Shown: piece by piece, positions 10,401-19,525 of the stretch | How positions within the stretch are numbered: the stretch's first letter is position 1 | How the letters are laid out: every line of letters begins with the position of its first letter | Source: Candidatus Poribacteria bacterium | GTDB taxonomy: Bacteria; Poribacteria; WGA-4E; WGA-3G | DNA length: 64,000 nucleotides | Direction: 5' to 3' | NCBI GenBank assembly: GCA_965214095.1 | Contig: OZ243938.1 | Location: 64,001-128,000 of the forward strand | Program-made: the position numbers and the translations under genes | Notes under the pieces: model-generated | Database searches by the model: none | Told to the model about the DNA's origin: nothing | What the model saw: only the letters and a program-made list of their open reading frames with translations

Positions 10401-11669
10401 TCACTCATCATTCAATCTAACAATGTCTGCGCCAAGACCTTTTAGTTTGTCCTCAATAGCTTCGTATCCTCTGTCAATGTGATAGATACGAGAAACAACA
10501 GTTTCGCTAGATGCTGCCAATCCAGCTACAACAAGCACTGCACCAGCCCGTAAATCGGATGCCATAACAGGTGCTCCACTAAGATATGACACGCCATTGA
10601 TTATTGCTTTGCGTCCGTCAAGTTTTATATCAGCACCCATTCTGTTGAGTTCTGCAGCGTGAATAAAGCGATCAGTGTGAACATTCTCCGTTATTGTACT
10701 TTTACCTGACGCAAGACTGAGTAGTCCCATAATCTGTGCCTGCATATCAGTTGGAAACCCTGGGAACGGGACTGTTTTCACATCAACGGCTTTGAGTTGC
10801 TTTGGTGTCGTGACCCGCACACCCGTTTCGTTCCAATCTAACTGCACACCCGTTTCAATGAGTTTCTCAGATATAGCAGGAATCTGTTTTTGTGTTATTC
10901 CTTCAACAAAGACATCACCATTTGTGATAGCTCCAGCGACCATAAACGTTCCTGCTTCAATATCATCAGAAACCACTGTGTGTTCTGTTCCATGTAATTG
11001 CTTTACACCCCGTATCGTCAACTTAGAAGTACCGATACCTTTTATATCTGCCCCCATAGCATTCAAAAATGTTGCGAGATCGGATATATGCGGTTCACGG
11101 GCTGCACCGCGTAGAACAGTTGTACCCTGTGCTAAGGTCGCAGCCATCATAACATTTGCTGTTGCCCCGACACTTGGACCATATTGTCCAGAAAGGTTCA
11201 TATCACAACCGACTAACTTGTCAGTCTGTGCATAGATATATCCTTTCTTTACATCTACATCTGCTCCTAATCCCTCTAAACCACGTATATGTAAATCAAC
11301 TGGACGCGGACCGATGGCACATCCACCTGGGAAAGAGACTTTTGCTCTACCTAACTTGGCAACCAGTGGTCCTAATACATAAATTGATGCCCGCATCTGT
11401 CGCACTAGGTCGTAGGGTGCTTCGTATTCCATTCGGTTAATTGGTTCAATATAGAGAGAACCGTTTTTTCGTGTGATTGATGCTCCAAGTCCTTCAAGTA
11501 CTGCACTCAGTGTTTTTACATCTGTGAGATTCGGCACATTATGTAGTACACTTACACCATCTCCGAGAATTGCTGCCGCTACAGCGATGGGAAGGACTGC
11601 ATTTTTTGAACCACTTATCTTAACAGTCCCTTCAAGTCTGTTTCCGCCGTTGATTATGAACTTTTGCAT
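10401..11669 (-). CDS. murA: UDP-N-acetylglucosamine 1-carboxyvinyltransferase
   Basis: SGSKNA, PGGCAIGPRPVDLH, GFPTDMQ, DLRAGA and HIDRGY motifs. Confidence 0.97.
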   Translation of the reverse strand: MQKFIINGGNRLEGTVKISGSKNAVLPIAVAAAILGDGVSVLHNVPNLTDVKTLSAVLEGLGASITRKNGSLYIEPINRMEYEAPYDLVRQMRASIYVLGPLVAKLGRAKVSFPGGCAIGPRPVDLHIRGLEGLGADVDVKKGYIYAQTDKLVGCDMNLSGQYGPSVGATANVMMAATLAQGTTVLRGAAREPHISDLATFLNAMGADIKGIGTSKLTIRGVKQLHGTEHTVVSDDIEAGTFMVAGAITNGDVFVEGITQKQIPAISEKLIETGVQLDWNETGVRVTTPKQLKAVDVKTVPFPGFPTDMQAQIMGLLSLASGKSTITENVHTDRFIHAAELNRMGADIKLDGRKAIINGVSYLSGAPVMASDLRAGAVLVVAGLAASSETVVSRIYHIDRGYEAIEDKLKGLGADIVRLNDE

Positions 11670-11933
11670 TTTTTCTCCTTACTTTTGCCTTATATGTTTA
11701 TGTTTATGTAGAAATATTACATACTTTACTTATTTCTTGCATAAACGATGCCAATTATAAGGTTGTTACAAATATAAGTAAACTGGGGAAAATGCTGGTT
11801 AGTAATTGTATCAAAATAGACACATGTAAGTTTCTATATTCTATTAAACAAAGAAATGAATTGAATTGCAAATCAATTTTTGATACACTTTGATTAAAAT
11901 GTTAACATATTTTCATATTTTGAGGTAATACTT

Positions 11934-12983
11934 ATGGCAGATAAAACATATCGTGTTGGCGTAATTGGTTGTGGAGGCATGGGTCGCGCACATGCAAGAA
12001 GTTGGAATGGTTTTGATAATGTACAAGTCGTCACCGCTTCTGATATAAGTGCGGAATCTGCAGCTAAATTTGCAGATGAGCTATCTCTCAAAACACATTA
12101 TACTGATTTTGAGGAAATGTGTGAAAAAGAGGAACTTGATATTGTTAGTATCACTACATGGCAGAGCGTCCGGGCAGAACCTACAATCGCTGCAGCAGAA
12201 AACGGTGTGATTGGTGTCATAACCGAAAAACCGATGGCTGCATCTGTGGGTGATGCACAAGACATGATGAATGTTTGTGATAAGAACGGAACTAAGTTGG
12301 TTGTTGGACATCAACGTCGTTTCAGTGCTCAGAATTGCGAAGCACGAAGACTGATAGAAGAAGGCGCGATCGGACAACCCCAAACTATGCTACGTCGTGA
12401 TGGCCATGGTCTGTTAAATCGTGGAACTCATGAAATTGACGAAATGCGATTTATTCTTGGAGACCCTGATCCACAATGGCTTATTGGTCAGGTGGAACGA
12501 AAAACCGACCGTTGGGAACGTAGAGTTCGCACAGAAGACCTTTGTATGGCTGAGATCTGTTTTGAAGGCGGTATCCGTGGGATTTATGAAAGTGATCTTC
12601 CAGGTCCAGGTTTGCGTGGTGATGCGGTCTACGGTGATGATGGACAACTACGTCGTGGTGAAGGTGGAACGATTGAAGTCCTAAATAGTAAAGCCGCTGG
12701 ATGGCAGACTATTAAGCCTCGACAAAGCGAACCTAATCAGTTTTCTGAGATGTTAGCATGGATTGAAGGCGATGTAGATGAACACCGTAATGCTGGCAGA
12801 CATGGACTCTGTACAATTGAAATCCTTATGGCATTTTATGAATCCGTTCGTATTCAAGGCGTTGTGACATTTCCACTCACAACCCGTCCAAACCCACTTG
12901 ATCTGTTAGTTGAAGGTGGTAAGTTACCCGTGTTTAAAGAGGGACGTTACGATATTCGTGCTCCTTTCCCAGAACAGAAGTAA
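11934..12983 (+). CDS. Gfo/Idh/MocA-family oxidoreductase
   Basis: GVIGCGGMG, EKPMA and GHQRRF motifs. Confidence 0.9.
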   Translation: MADKTYRVGVIGCGGMGRAHARSWNGFDNVQVVTASDISAESAAKFADELSLKTHYTDFEEMCEKEELDIVSITTWQSVRAEPTIAAAENGVIGVITEKPMAASVGDAQDMMNVCDKNGTKLVVGHQRRFSAQNCEARRLIEEGAIGQPQTMLRRDGHGLLNRGTHEIDEMRFILGDPDPQWLIGQVERKTDRWERRVRTEDLCMAEICFEGGIRGIYESDLPGPGLRGDAVYGDDGQLRRGEGGTIEVLNSKAAGWQTIKPRQSEPNQFSEMLAWIEGDVDEHRNAGRHGLCTIEILMAFYESVRIQGVVTFPLTTRPNPLDLLVEGGKLPVFKEGRYDIRAPFPEQK

Positions 12984-13016
12984 ATAGTACAAATCACATA
13001 ATATAGATATTACTAC

Positions 13017-13037
13017 AAGGGTGGATTTTCCACCCTT
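13017..13037. terminator. Bidirectional terminator hairpin between convergent genes
   Basis: AAGGGTGG / CCACCCTT inverted repeat. Confidence 0.55.
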
Positions 13038-13913
13038 TTAACATTCTACATCTTTTCCCTCACTACCATATACATCCATCCGATCTTGCGTTGAGATGTC
13101 TCCGCTACTTGCTGGTTTATAGTGAAATTGGAGTGCTCTTCGTCTAAGTGAAGATTGATTTACAGGACTGCCATGATGTAGCAACCCGTGCCAAAATAGA
13201 CATCCTCCCGGTTGAAGTGGTACCATTGTATCCCGAGCAATCGGAACGTGTGTATCACATATCTGCCAATCTCTCCTCTTGAAGTGTATCATTGGACCTT
13301 CATTGTGCGAGCCAGGGATGATATGCATGCATCCATTTTCAGCAGTGGCTTCGTCTAATGCAATCCACACACCAACAACAGTTGTTCCTTCTTCCAAGTT
13401 AAAGTATGCACAATCTTGATGCCACGGTTTCTCAGAACCGAATAACTTTGGTTTGACCAATGCCATATCTTGAAATAACACGGGTGTATCATCCATAATA
13501 CGTTCTAACACACCGAGAAGTCCAGCATGTGCAGCCAATGCGTTCAAACGTGGTTCATGATTAACAAAACTGAATATCTTTCTTATCGCATCACGACGTT
13601 CATCTCCATCCATTTCATCTTTCTGCTTAGCGAGTTTCGGTTCATATTGGATTGCGCGAAAGTCAGGATTATTTCCATCCATCAGATAGACCATACCATC
13701 TAACGCATCTTGGATTTCGTCATGAGTGAATGCATCATTTATCACCAGATAACCATGATCATGAAAGTATTGAATCTCTGTTTCAGATACTGATGAAAAA
13801 CTACCAGATATACTATTTGCAACTGTATCAAAACTATACAAATCCTCTGGATAAGGAATGGCTATTGGTGTTGTTGCCACTTCTCTCGGTTGGTCAAGTG
13901 CTGGTGAGTTCAT
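13038..13913 (-). CDS. PhyH-family dioxygenase
   Basis: KPWHQD, NGCMHIIPGSH and HHGS...RRA motifs. Confidence 0.9.
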   Translation of the reverse strand: MNSPALDQPREVATTPIAIPYPEDLYSFDTVANSISGSFSSVSETEIQYFHDHGYLVINDAFTHDEIQDALDGMVYLMDGNNPDFRAIQYEPKLAKQKDEMDGDERRDAIRKIFSFVNHEPRLNALAAHAGLLGVLERIMDDTPVLFQDMALVKPKLFGSEKPWHQDCAYFNLEEGTTVVGVWIALDEATAENGCMHIIPGSHNEGPMIHFKRRDWQICDTHVPIARDTMVPLQPGGCLFWHGLLHHGSPVNQSSLRRRALQFHYKPASSGDISTQDRMDVYGSEGKDVEC

Positions 13914-13925
13914 ATAATACTCTCC

Positions 13926-14939
13926 TTATATTTCTCCTCTTCCTTCTTTTTCAAGTAATGTTAGGAAATTGTCCACGCGGTTGATGGCATTTTGGGCTCT
14001 TTCACGTTCTGATTCACTTTTCTCCTCTTCAGCAATCCACTGTTGTCGTTGAGGCAACCATTCTTCTTTCATGTATTTAAGTTGATTTAGAAAATGTGGG
14101 TCTTCTGTCTCGCTAACAAAATACTCAATAATACCGAGTAATCCGTATTTCCGGTTTATTTCCATGTCTTCTAATTCAGCCACCATTTGACTAAATAGTT
14201 GTTGATTCCGATCCTGCCTTGCTTGTGCAACTTCACGAGCAGATTCAGTTAGGAGTTTATCCACAAATTCCTGTTTGGAATTTATCCAACGAGGCAGATT
14301 TCGTACATACTCTTCTAAATTGAAGTTGCCGCGTTGGATAGCAAAATATGCATGTATATGAATATTACGGAAAAAACCTGTATAACCGATATTTGGATCC
14401 ATTGTATCAGCATCATAGAGAATCTGATTTTCAATGTTTCCATATAACAGTTTGAAGTTTTCAGCAGTAAGGTTCATAGGCTTCAAATGAGCCAGAACAA
14501 CTGCAGTTGCAGCCTCAACAAATTCAGGTTCGAAGTCATACATACCCAAGATATTCTCAGTAATCACTGCACCAGATTCATGGTGAACCTTACCGTGTAG
14601 ATTATGCTTCTTGTATAGATCAGTGACTACATTTTGTCCAGCAGGTGTTAATGTTTCGTTTAACCAAAATCCGTTGTGATCTAAGATACGTTTCCCGTTG
14701 TCATCAGTCAAGATTACACCATCATATCGTTTTGTGATGTCGTGTAACGTACCTGCGACTTCAAGTAGTTTGACATCGCCACCTTCGCGTCTACCAAGTT
14801 CCATGCTCATTGCACGCACACGCATTGTATGATTCCAGGTATAGTGTCTCCATTGGAATCCTACACGATTATGTTCCCAAAGACCGAAAGTTTCGTTGAC
14901 AAGAGTTTCCAGTTCATTCAAAACTTGAGTGTAGTTCAT
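13926..14939 (-). CDS. HD-domain metal-dependent phosphohydrolase
   Basis: HTMRV...LHDITK...HH...H...YDAD. Confidence 0.8.
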   Translation of the reverse strand: MNYTQVLNELETLVNETFGLWEHNRVGFQWRHYTWNHTMRVRAMSMELGRREGGDVKLLEVAGTLHDITKRYDGVILTDDNGKRILDHNGFWLNETLTPAGQNVVTDLYKKHNLHGKVHHESGAVITENILGMYDFEPEFVEAATAVVLAHLKPMNLTAENFKLLYGNIENQILYDADTMDPNIGYTGFFRNIHIHAYFAIQRGNFNLEEYVRNLPRWINSKQEFVDKLLTESAREVAQARQDRNQQLFSQMVAELEDMEINRKYGLLGIIEYFVSETEDPHFLNQLKYMKEEWLPQRQQWIAEEEKSESERERAQNAINRVDNFLTLLEKEGRGEI

Positions 14940-14952
14940 AAATACCTCGTAA

Positions 14953-15708
14953 TTATTCGTTATATTTAACGCTGGTAAGTGACAACCCGTGTGCAGGTGC
15001 TGATGGACCTGCCATTGATCTATCCCTCAACTCCATAATATCATGAAACATCTTACATGCTACCTCTACATTTCTGTTTGCTTTCTTCATGCATTTCAAT
15101 GCAGTGCCAACAATTGCACGAACCATTCCTCGCAAAAACGAATCTGCTTCAATTTCAAAAAAGACATAGTCATCTGTTCTATAGCAACTTGCATCGAAAA
15201 TCTCACACACAGGATTCAATCTATCGCTTCCCGTTTTTTGAAAGGAAGAAAAATCCAATTTACCATTCATGCAGCGACAAATCGCATCAAGTGAATCAAC
15301 CGCAATTGGTAATGAGAACAAGTATGCTGTGTGCCGTCTCAGTGCTGATGGATAGTCTCTGTTTAGAATAGTATACCTATATTGTCGACTCTTAGCACTA
15401 AATCTTGCATGAAAATCTGTTGGCACTTCATCAACATCTGTAACAACAATATCTCGTGGTAAAAAGGTGTTAAGTCCTTTTTGAAAGGCTATCGTTGGAA
15501 TTGATAATTCGGTAAAGAAGTTTGCCACTTGTCCTTCTGCGTGCACGCCAGTATCTGTCCTACCAGCACCGATAATCTGAATCGGAGTTTTCGTAAGCTG
15601 TGCCAAGGCATCTTCAACCTTATCCTGAATTGTAGGAAGTTCCGGTTGCTTCTGCCATCCGTGATAATTAGTGCCATCATATTCAAGTACAAGTTTGATA
15701 TTTCTCAT
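14953..15708 (-). CDS. truA: tRNA pseudouridine(38-40) synthase
   Basis: YDGTNYHGWQ, AGRTDTGVHA, FHARF and FLRGMVR motifs. Confidence 0.95.
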   Translation of the reverse strand: MRNIKLVLEYDGTNYHGWQKQPELPTIQDKVEDALAQLTKTPIQIIGAGRTDTGVHAEGQVANFFTELSIPTIAFQKGLNTFLPRDIVVTDVDEVPTDFHARFSAKSRQYRYTILNRDYPSALRRHTAYLFSLPIAVDSLDAICRCMNGKLDFSSFQKTGSDRLNPVCEIFDASCYRTDDYVFFEIEADSFLRGMVRAIVGTALKCMKKANRNVEVACKMFHDIMELRDRSMAGPSAPAHGLSLTSVKYNE

Positions 15709-15743
15709 TCTGCCACATTGAAACAGATTTGTATTCGGATTAC

Positions 15744-16175
15744 TTGACCGCTCCTACACCTAAAGGAGTGGGATTCTTGTTCCTACTCCGAGCAATTTAG
15801 GATTTAGATTTATGCCACTTGCAAAGTCAATCTATTGGGTCATCTTCCTCACTTTAGAACATGTGTTCCGTGTGAGGTTTCCCACTCCAGACATGATGTC
15901 TTGTTGGGACAACACAGGTTACAAAACCTGCGGTGCGGGTCATGAGGCACTCTACGGAAAACTTTGTTGCTTACAAAGCCGACCGATACTTTTGACTGTC
16001 AGTTACAGTGTCAAAACTTATGAATATATCAGCGTTCCTATCTTTCAAGGCTTTTCGCTTATGTTTCATGTTTTTCGCAGTGTCTTGGTTTTCTGCATCT
16101 GCTCATTCCGCTACAAAGGAGTGGTAGAGAACATTAGCAAGGAATGCCAAAGTTGTAATTCTCTACCAGCAGATG
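15744..16175 (-). ncRNA. Putative ~430-nt structured RNA (omega-RNA-like 3' end)
   Basis: Starts just downstream of a consensus promoter, contains at least 7 visible stem-loops, and ends at the IS right-end TCAA. Confidence 0.5.
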
Positions 16176-16180
16176 TCCGA

Positions 16181-16209
16181 ATTATACTACATTTTAACTA
16201 TAAAGCCAA
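16181..16209 (-). promoter_or_regulatory. Sigma70-type promoter inside the non-autonomous element
   Basis: TTGGCT-17 bp-TATAAT on the minus strand. Confidence 0.65.
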
Positions 16210-16293
16210 GTGTTTTTGATTAACAAACATAACGGTTTCCGTTGGACATCACAAACCTAAAGGATTGGGTTTTGAACGGAACGTCCTGATAAG

Positions 16294-16321
16294 ATTATCA
16301 TATACTATATTCAGGTGTCAA
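16294..16321 (-). promoter_or_regulatory. Probable ancestral truA promoter stranded between two IS elements
   Basis: TTGACA-16 bp-GATAAT on the minus strand in the 55-bp inter-element spacer. Confidence 0.45.
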
Positions 16322-16348
16322 ATGAAATTGTATATATGATATATTCAA

Positions 16349-17611
16349 CTACCCAAGCCTAAAGGCATTAGGATTGTTAAGAGGTTCAAACAGCGATAAC
16401 TGAATGATTTTCTTCTCCATAGCCTTTGTTGCTTCGTTCTTGTTTCTCGTTTCATAGAGGGTGGTAACCCACCGCTCTCCACGACGGGCAGCAGCTGCCC
16501 GAAAAAGTCCGTTTATTGCAGCGTTGTGGTCTCGGTCAAGCGAGTGTCCACAATATCCGCAGTTGAATGTCCGCACCGATAGCGATATTTTTTTCGGTGC
16601 TTTCTGTCCGCAGCAAGAGCAAGTTTGCGAGGTGTTCTTTGGATCGACTTGGTAGAAATGGAAACCGTCTCTTTCGGCTATGTTCCCACACCACTCAAAG
16701 AAGTGTGCCCAAGACGCATCGCTGATACTCTTGCTGAGGTGTTTGTTCTGAACCATATTGGCAGTATTTAGATTTTCGGTTACCAAGACATTATTTTTCT
16801 TATGATGGTAGAGTTTGTAAACGAGTTTACCGATAAAGTCTCTGCGTCTGTTTACAGTGCGCTCCTGATGTAAAGCGAGTTTGTGTTGTTGTTTCTTTCT
16901 ACGGTGAGAACCTAACTTTTTACGAGAAAGGTCTTTAGCGTGCTTGCGGAGTAATCCCTCCGCTTTGCGATACCAACGCGGGTTGTCAACTTTTTCACCC
17001 TCAGATGTCGTCAAATAGTGGTTCGTGCCGACATCAACGGCAACAGCACGGGTCGGTTCCACTTTCGGTGTATCACCAATGTCGCAGGAGATATGTGCAT
17101 ACCACCCGGAGGCTTTTTTCACGATAGTAACCTCTTTCGGGTCACCTTGGATGGGACGGGACATCCGCATCTTGATTTCACCGAGTTTGGGCACAATCAG
17201 TCTATCTAAACGGTGCTTCGTTGGACGAATAGGATTTTGACGAATGCCTGCTTTGTTCTTACGTAGACTCCAGGTGAGAGAACGGATACGTTTGCGATAG
17301 CGTGGGAATCCCGGTTTTTCACCACCTTGTTTGACACGACGGAAAAAGTTCGCAAAAGCTTTGTTCACACGTTGAAGTGCGTGTTTCTGAAACTCTTGCG
17401 GCACAATGTCGAAGTCTTCATACTTTGCACGTGCTTGTGTCAGAAGTCGACACTGTTCAGCATAACTTACAGAACGTTTCTTTTCTTCATACGCACGCAT
17501 ACGATTCAGTCGCGCTGAGTTGTGTAACTCACACAAATGCGAAAGATATTGATATAACTCGGTTTCTTGCGTAGGTGTCGGATACAAGCGGTATTTGAAC
17601 GTTAAAACCAT
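16349..17611 (-). CDS. tnpB: RNA-guided endonuclease TnpB
   Basis: FKYRLYPT N-terminus; RuvC residues AVDVG, VTENL, DRDHNAA; zinc finger CSCCG/CGYCG. Confidence 0.95.
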   Translation of the reverse strand: MVLTFKYRLYPTPTQETELYQYLSHLCELHNSARLNRMRAYEEKKRSVSYAEQCRLLTQARAKYEDFDIVPQEFQKHALQRVNKAFANFFRRVKQGGEKPGFPRYRKRIRSLTWSLRKNKAGIRQNPIRPTKHRLDRLIVPKLGEIKMRMSRPIQGDPKEVTIVKKASGWYAHISCDIGDTPKVEPTRAVAVDVGTNHYLTTSEGEKVDNPRWYRKAEGLLRKHAKDLSRKKLGSHRRKKQQHKLALHQERTVNRRRDFIGKLVYKLYHHKKNNVLVTENLNTANMVQNKHLSKSISDASWAHFFEWCGNIAERDGFHFYQVDPKNTSQTCSCCGQKAPKKISLSVRTFNCGYCGHSLDRDHNAAINGLFRAAAARRGERWVTTLYETRNKNEATKAMEKKIIQLSLFEPLNNPNAFRLG

Positions 17612-18027
17612 TATTTACCTCGCTGGTTCTCTACATACTTGCGAAGCACTTCTAAAGTGATACCCCCTGTGGAGGCGATAAATCTAGAACGCGTCCAAAG
17701 CGAGGGAATACGAGATTTCAGAGAGGGATACTCATCACGCAACACACGAGAAGTCCAACCTTTGATCTTGCCAACGACAGATGCAGGAGCGAGTTGGGGA
17801 CTACTACTCATCAGAATATGAACATGGTCATCCATCACTTCACAGGCGTGCACTTCATACCCATAAACCTCTTGTTGTTCATAGATCAGTGTTTTGAGCC
17901 GTTCAGCAATAGGAGAGACAAGCACAGGACGACGATATTTTGTGCACCAAATCACATGGTAATCACAACTATAGACTAAAGAATGAGTTGATTTGTAGGT
18001 AGAGGGTTTTTCTTTAAGTTCTAACAT
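17611..18027 (-). CDS. tnpA: IS200-type Y1 HUH transposase
   Basis: YHVIWCTKYRR, DHVHIL (HUH), SLWTRS and YVENQ motifs. Confidence 0.95.
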   Translation of the reverse strand: MLELKEKPSTYKSTHSLVYSCDYHVIWCTKYRRPVLVSPIAERLKTLIYEQQEVYGYEVHACEVMDDHVHILMSSSPQLAPASVVGKIKGWTSRVLRDEYPSLKSRIPSLWTRSRFIASTGGITLEVLRKYVENQRGK

Positions 18028-18175
18028 TCTATATATTCATTTATTAGATATATATTATATATAATAACATATATTTAGTTAATAGTCAAATATATTTGGG
18101 CTAAAGCAAAGAAAAGTCCTCATATCCCAAGTCTAAAGACTTGGGCTTCACGGACTATGAGAGGTGAATTATAAC

Positions 18176-18263
18176 TATAAGTTGGCACCCGAGACCCACG
18201 GTAGGCAAGGTTTCCTAACCTCGCCGATGCAGAGTGTTCAAGTAATTTCAAAATCTACTATAA
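18176..18263. repeat. 88-bp dispersed repeat containing a GTAG REP-like hairpin (copy 1)
   Basis: Near-identical to 36702-36789: TATAAGTTG.CAC...GACCCACGGTAGGC.AGGTTTCCTAACCTCGCC...AAATCTACTATAA. Confidence 0.85.
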
Positions 18264-18349
18264 ATGCTATTGATTGGAAATGAAGTGCATCAAAAATATG
18301 GATATGATACGATAGGTTATAGGATAAGTTAGAACTGGAGGAATTACTA

Positions 18350-19441
18350 ATGAGTCGGATTAAGATTGGTGTTATTGGGTGTGGTGCAGTGGCACAAGTC
18401 CAACATTTGCCTAACCTCAAACATCTACACAGAGAGTTTGAAGTATCTATCGTATGTGATTTGTCTCAAGGAGCAGCAGAAGCAGCTGCAAAAAGATTTG
18501 ACATCCCACATTTCGTTTCTGACTATAAGGAACTCTTAGAAACAGATGTTGATGCAGTCCTGTTGTGTCATGGCGACCCTAAAACTGAAGTTGCACTTGC
18601 ATCATTTGAAGCAGGAAAGCATGTTTTCATTGAAAAACCTGTATGCTTTTCACTACAGGAGATTGATGCGATGCTTGATGCACAACGAAAGTCTGGTACC
18701 GTCGCTCAAGCAGGATATATGAAGGTGCATGATCCTGCATTTCAACTTGCAAAGCATGAAGTAGATACGATGCATGACTTCCGGTTTGTCCAGATTAATC
18801 ATTTACATCCAAACAATAGTTTGCATCTAAGCCAATTTGACGTTGAACGTTTTGACGATGTGCCATCCAACGCATTCGCACTTGCTCAGTCAGCACGGGC
18901 AGCTGCACGGAAAGATGCTATTGGAGATGTTCCACCACAAGTGGAACGCGCATTTCATTTATTGTCAGGTAGTATGATTCACGACATATACAGTTTACGT
19001 GTCATGCTCGGATCACCGAGTGAAGTTATCAGTGCGGAAGTTTGGTCAGAAGGTGCTGGAGTAAATATAGTATTTGCTTATCCTAATGGCGCACGTTGTG
19101 TTGCTACATGGGTAGACTTACCTGAACTATGGGACTTTAAGGAAACATTAGAGATTTACGGTGGAGAAAAACGCGTATTGGTTTCGTATCCAACAGGTTT
19201 TTCACGCGGTATTTTGTCTGAGGTAACAATTCAGGGAATAGATGCAGATGGAATCACCTACACAAAAAATCCCACAATTGAATGGGAAAGTGCATTTGTT
19301 AGAGAATTACGACATTTTCATGCATGTATAACTGAAGGTGTAACCTGCTATACTCCGCTTGAATCAGCACGAAAAGATATTGAATTGATAATCAATATTG
19401 TTAGATGTTATGCAAATAAATCTGCAGTTAAATGTGAATAG
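18350..19441 (+). CDS. Gfo/Idh/MocA-family oxidoreductase
   Basis: GVIGCGAVA, GKHVFIEKPV and MIHDI motifs. Confidence 0.9.
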   Translation: MSRIKIGVIGCGAVAQVQHLPNLKHLHREFEVSIVCDLSQGAAEAAAKRFDIPHFVSDYKELLETDVDAVLLCHGDPKTEVALASFEAGKHVFIEKPVCFSLQEIDAMLDAQRKSGTVAQAGYMKVHDPAFQLAKHEVDTMHDFRFVQINHLHPNNSLHLSQFDVERFDDVPSNAFALAQSARAAARKDAIGDVPPQVERAFHLLSGSMIHDIYSLRVMLGSPSEVISAEVWSEGAGVNIVFAYPNGARCVATWVDLPELWDFKETLEIYGGEKRVLVSYPTGFSRGILSEVTIQGIDADGITYTKNPTIEWESAFVRELRHFHACITEGVTCYTPLESARKDIELIINIVRCYANKSAVKCE

Positions 19442-19473
19442 GTAAGATATTCTATAATAGGAACATAAGCAAA

Positions 19474-19509
19474 AAAGTCTGGACAGTTCAATGCAACTGT
19501 CCAGACTTT
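19474..19509. terminator. Bidirectional terminator hairpin
   Basis: Perfect 15-bp inverted repeat AAAGTCTGGACAGTT / AACTGTCCAGACTTT between convergent genes. Confidence 0.65.
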
Positions 19510-19525
19510 CTGTTATTAATGGAAA

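Larger units (their letters stand above)
15744..16288 (-). mobile_element. Non-autonomous IS200/IS605-type element (PATE/MITE-like) with no credible protein
   Basis: Minus strand, left end: TTAT|caggacgttccgttc-AAAA-hairpin. Right end: GAAT-cccactcctttaggtgtagg-agcgg-TCAA|. Guide/cleavage tetranucleotides follow the IS608 pairing rule. Confidence 0.8.
16344..18163 (-). mobile_element. IS200/IS605-family insertion sequence (tnpA+tnpB)
   Basis: Left end: TCAC|...GAAG-CCCAAGTCTTTAGACTTGGG hairpin. Right end: CAAT-hairpin-TGAA|. Both genes are intact. Confidence 0.92.

Noticed and set aside
15812-16219. 135-aa plus-strand ORF inside the small IS-ended element
   Set aside because: No RBS or recognisable motif, and Cys-rich random composition. 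It is antisense to the element's promoter and overlaps dense hairpins, so it is probably spurious.
16349-17611. TnpB as a nuclease-dead TldR or as a Cas12
   Set aside because: All three RuvC acidic residues are present, it is linked to tnpA with IS ends, and there is no CRISPR array.
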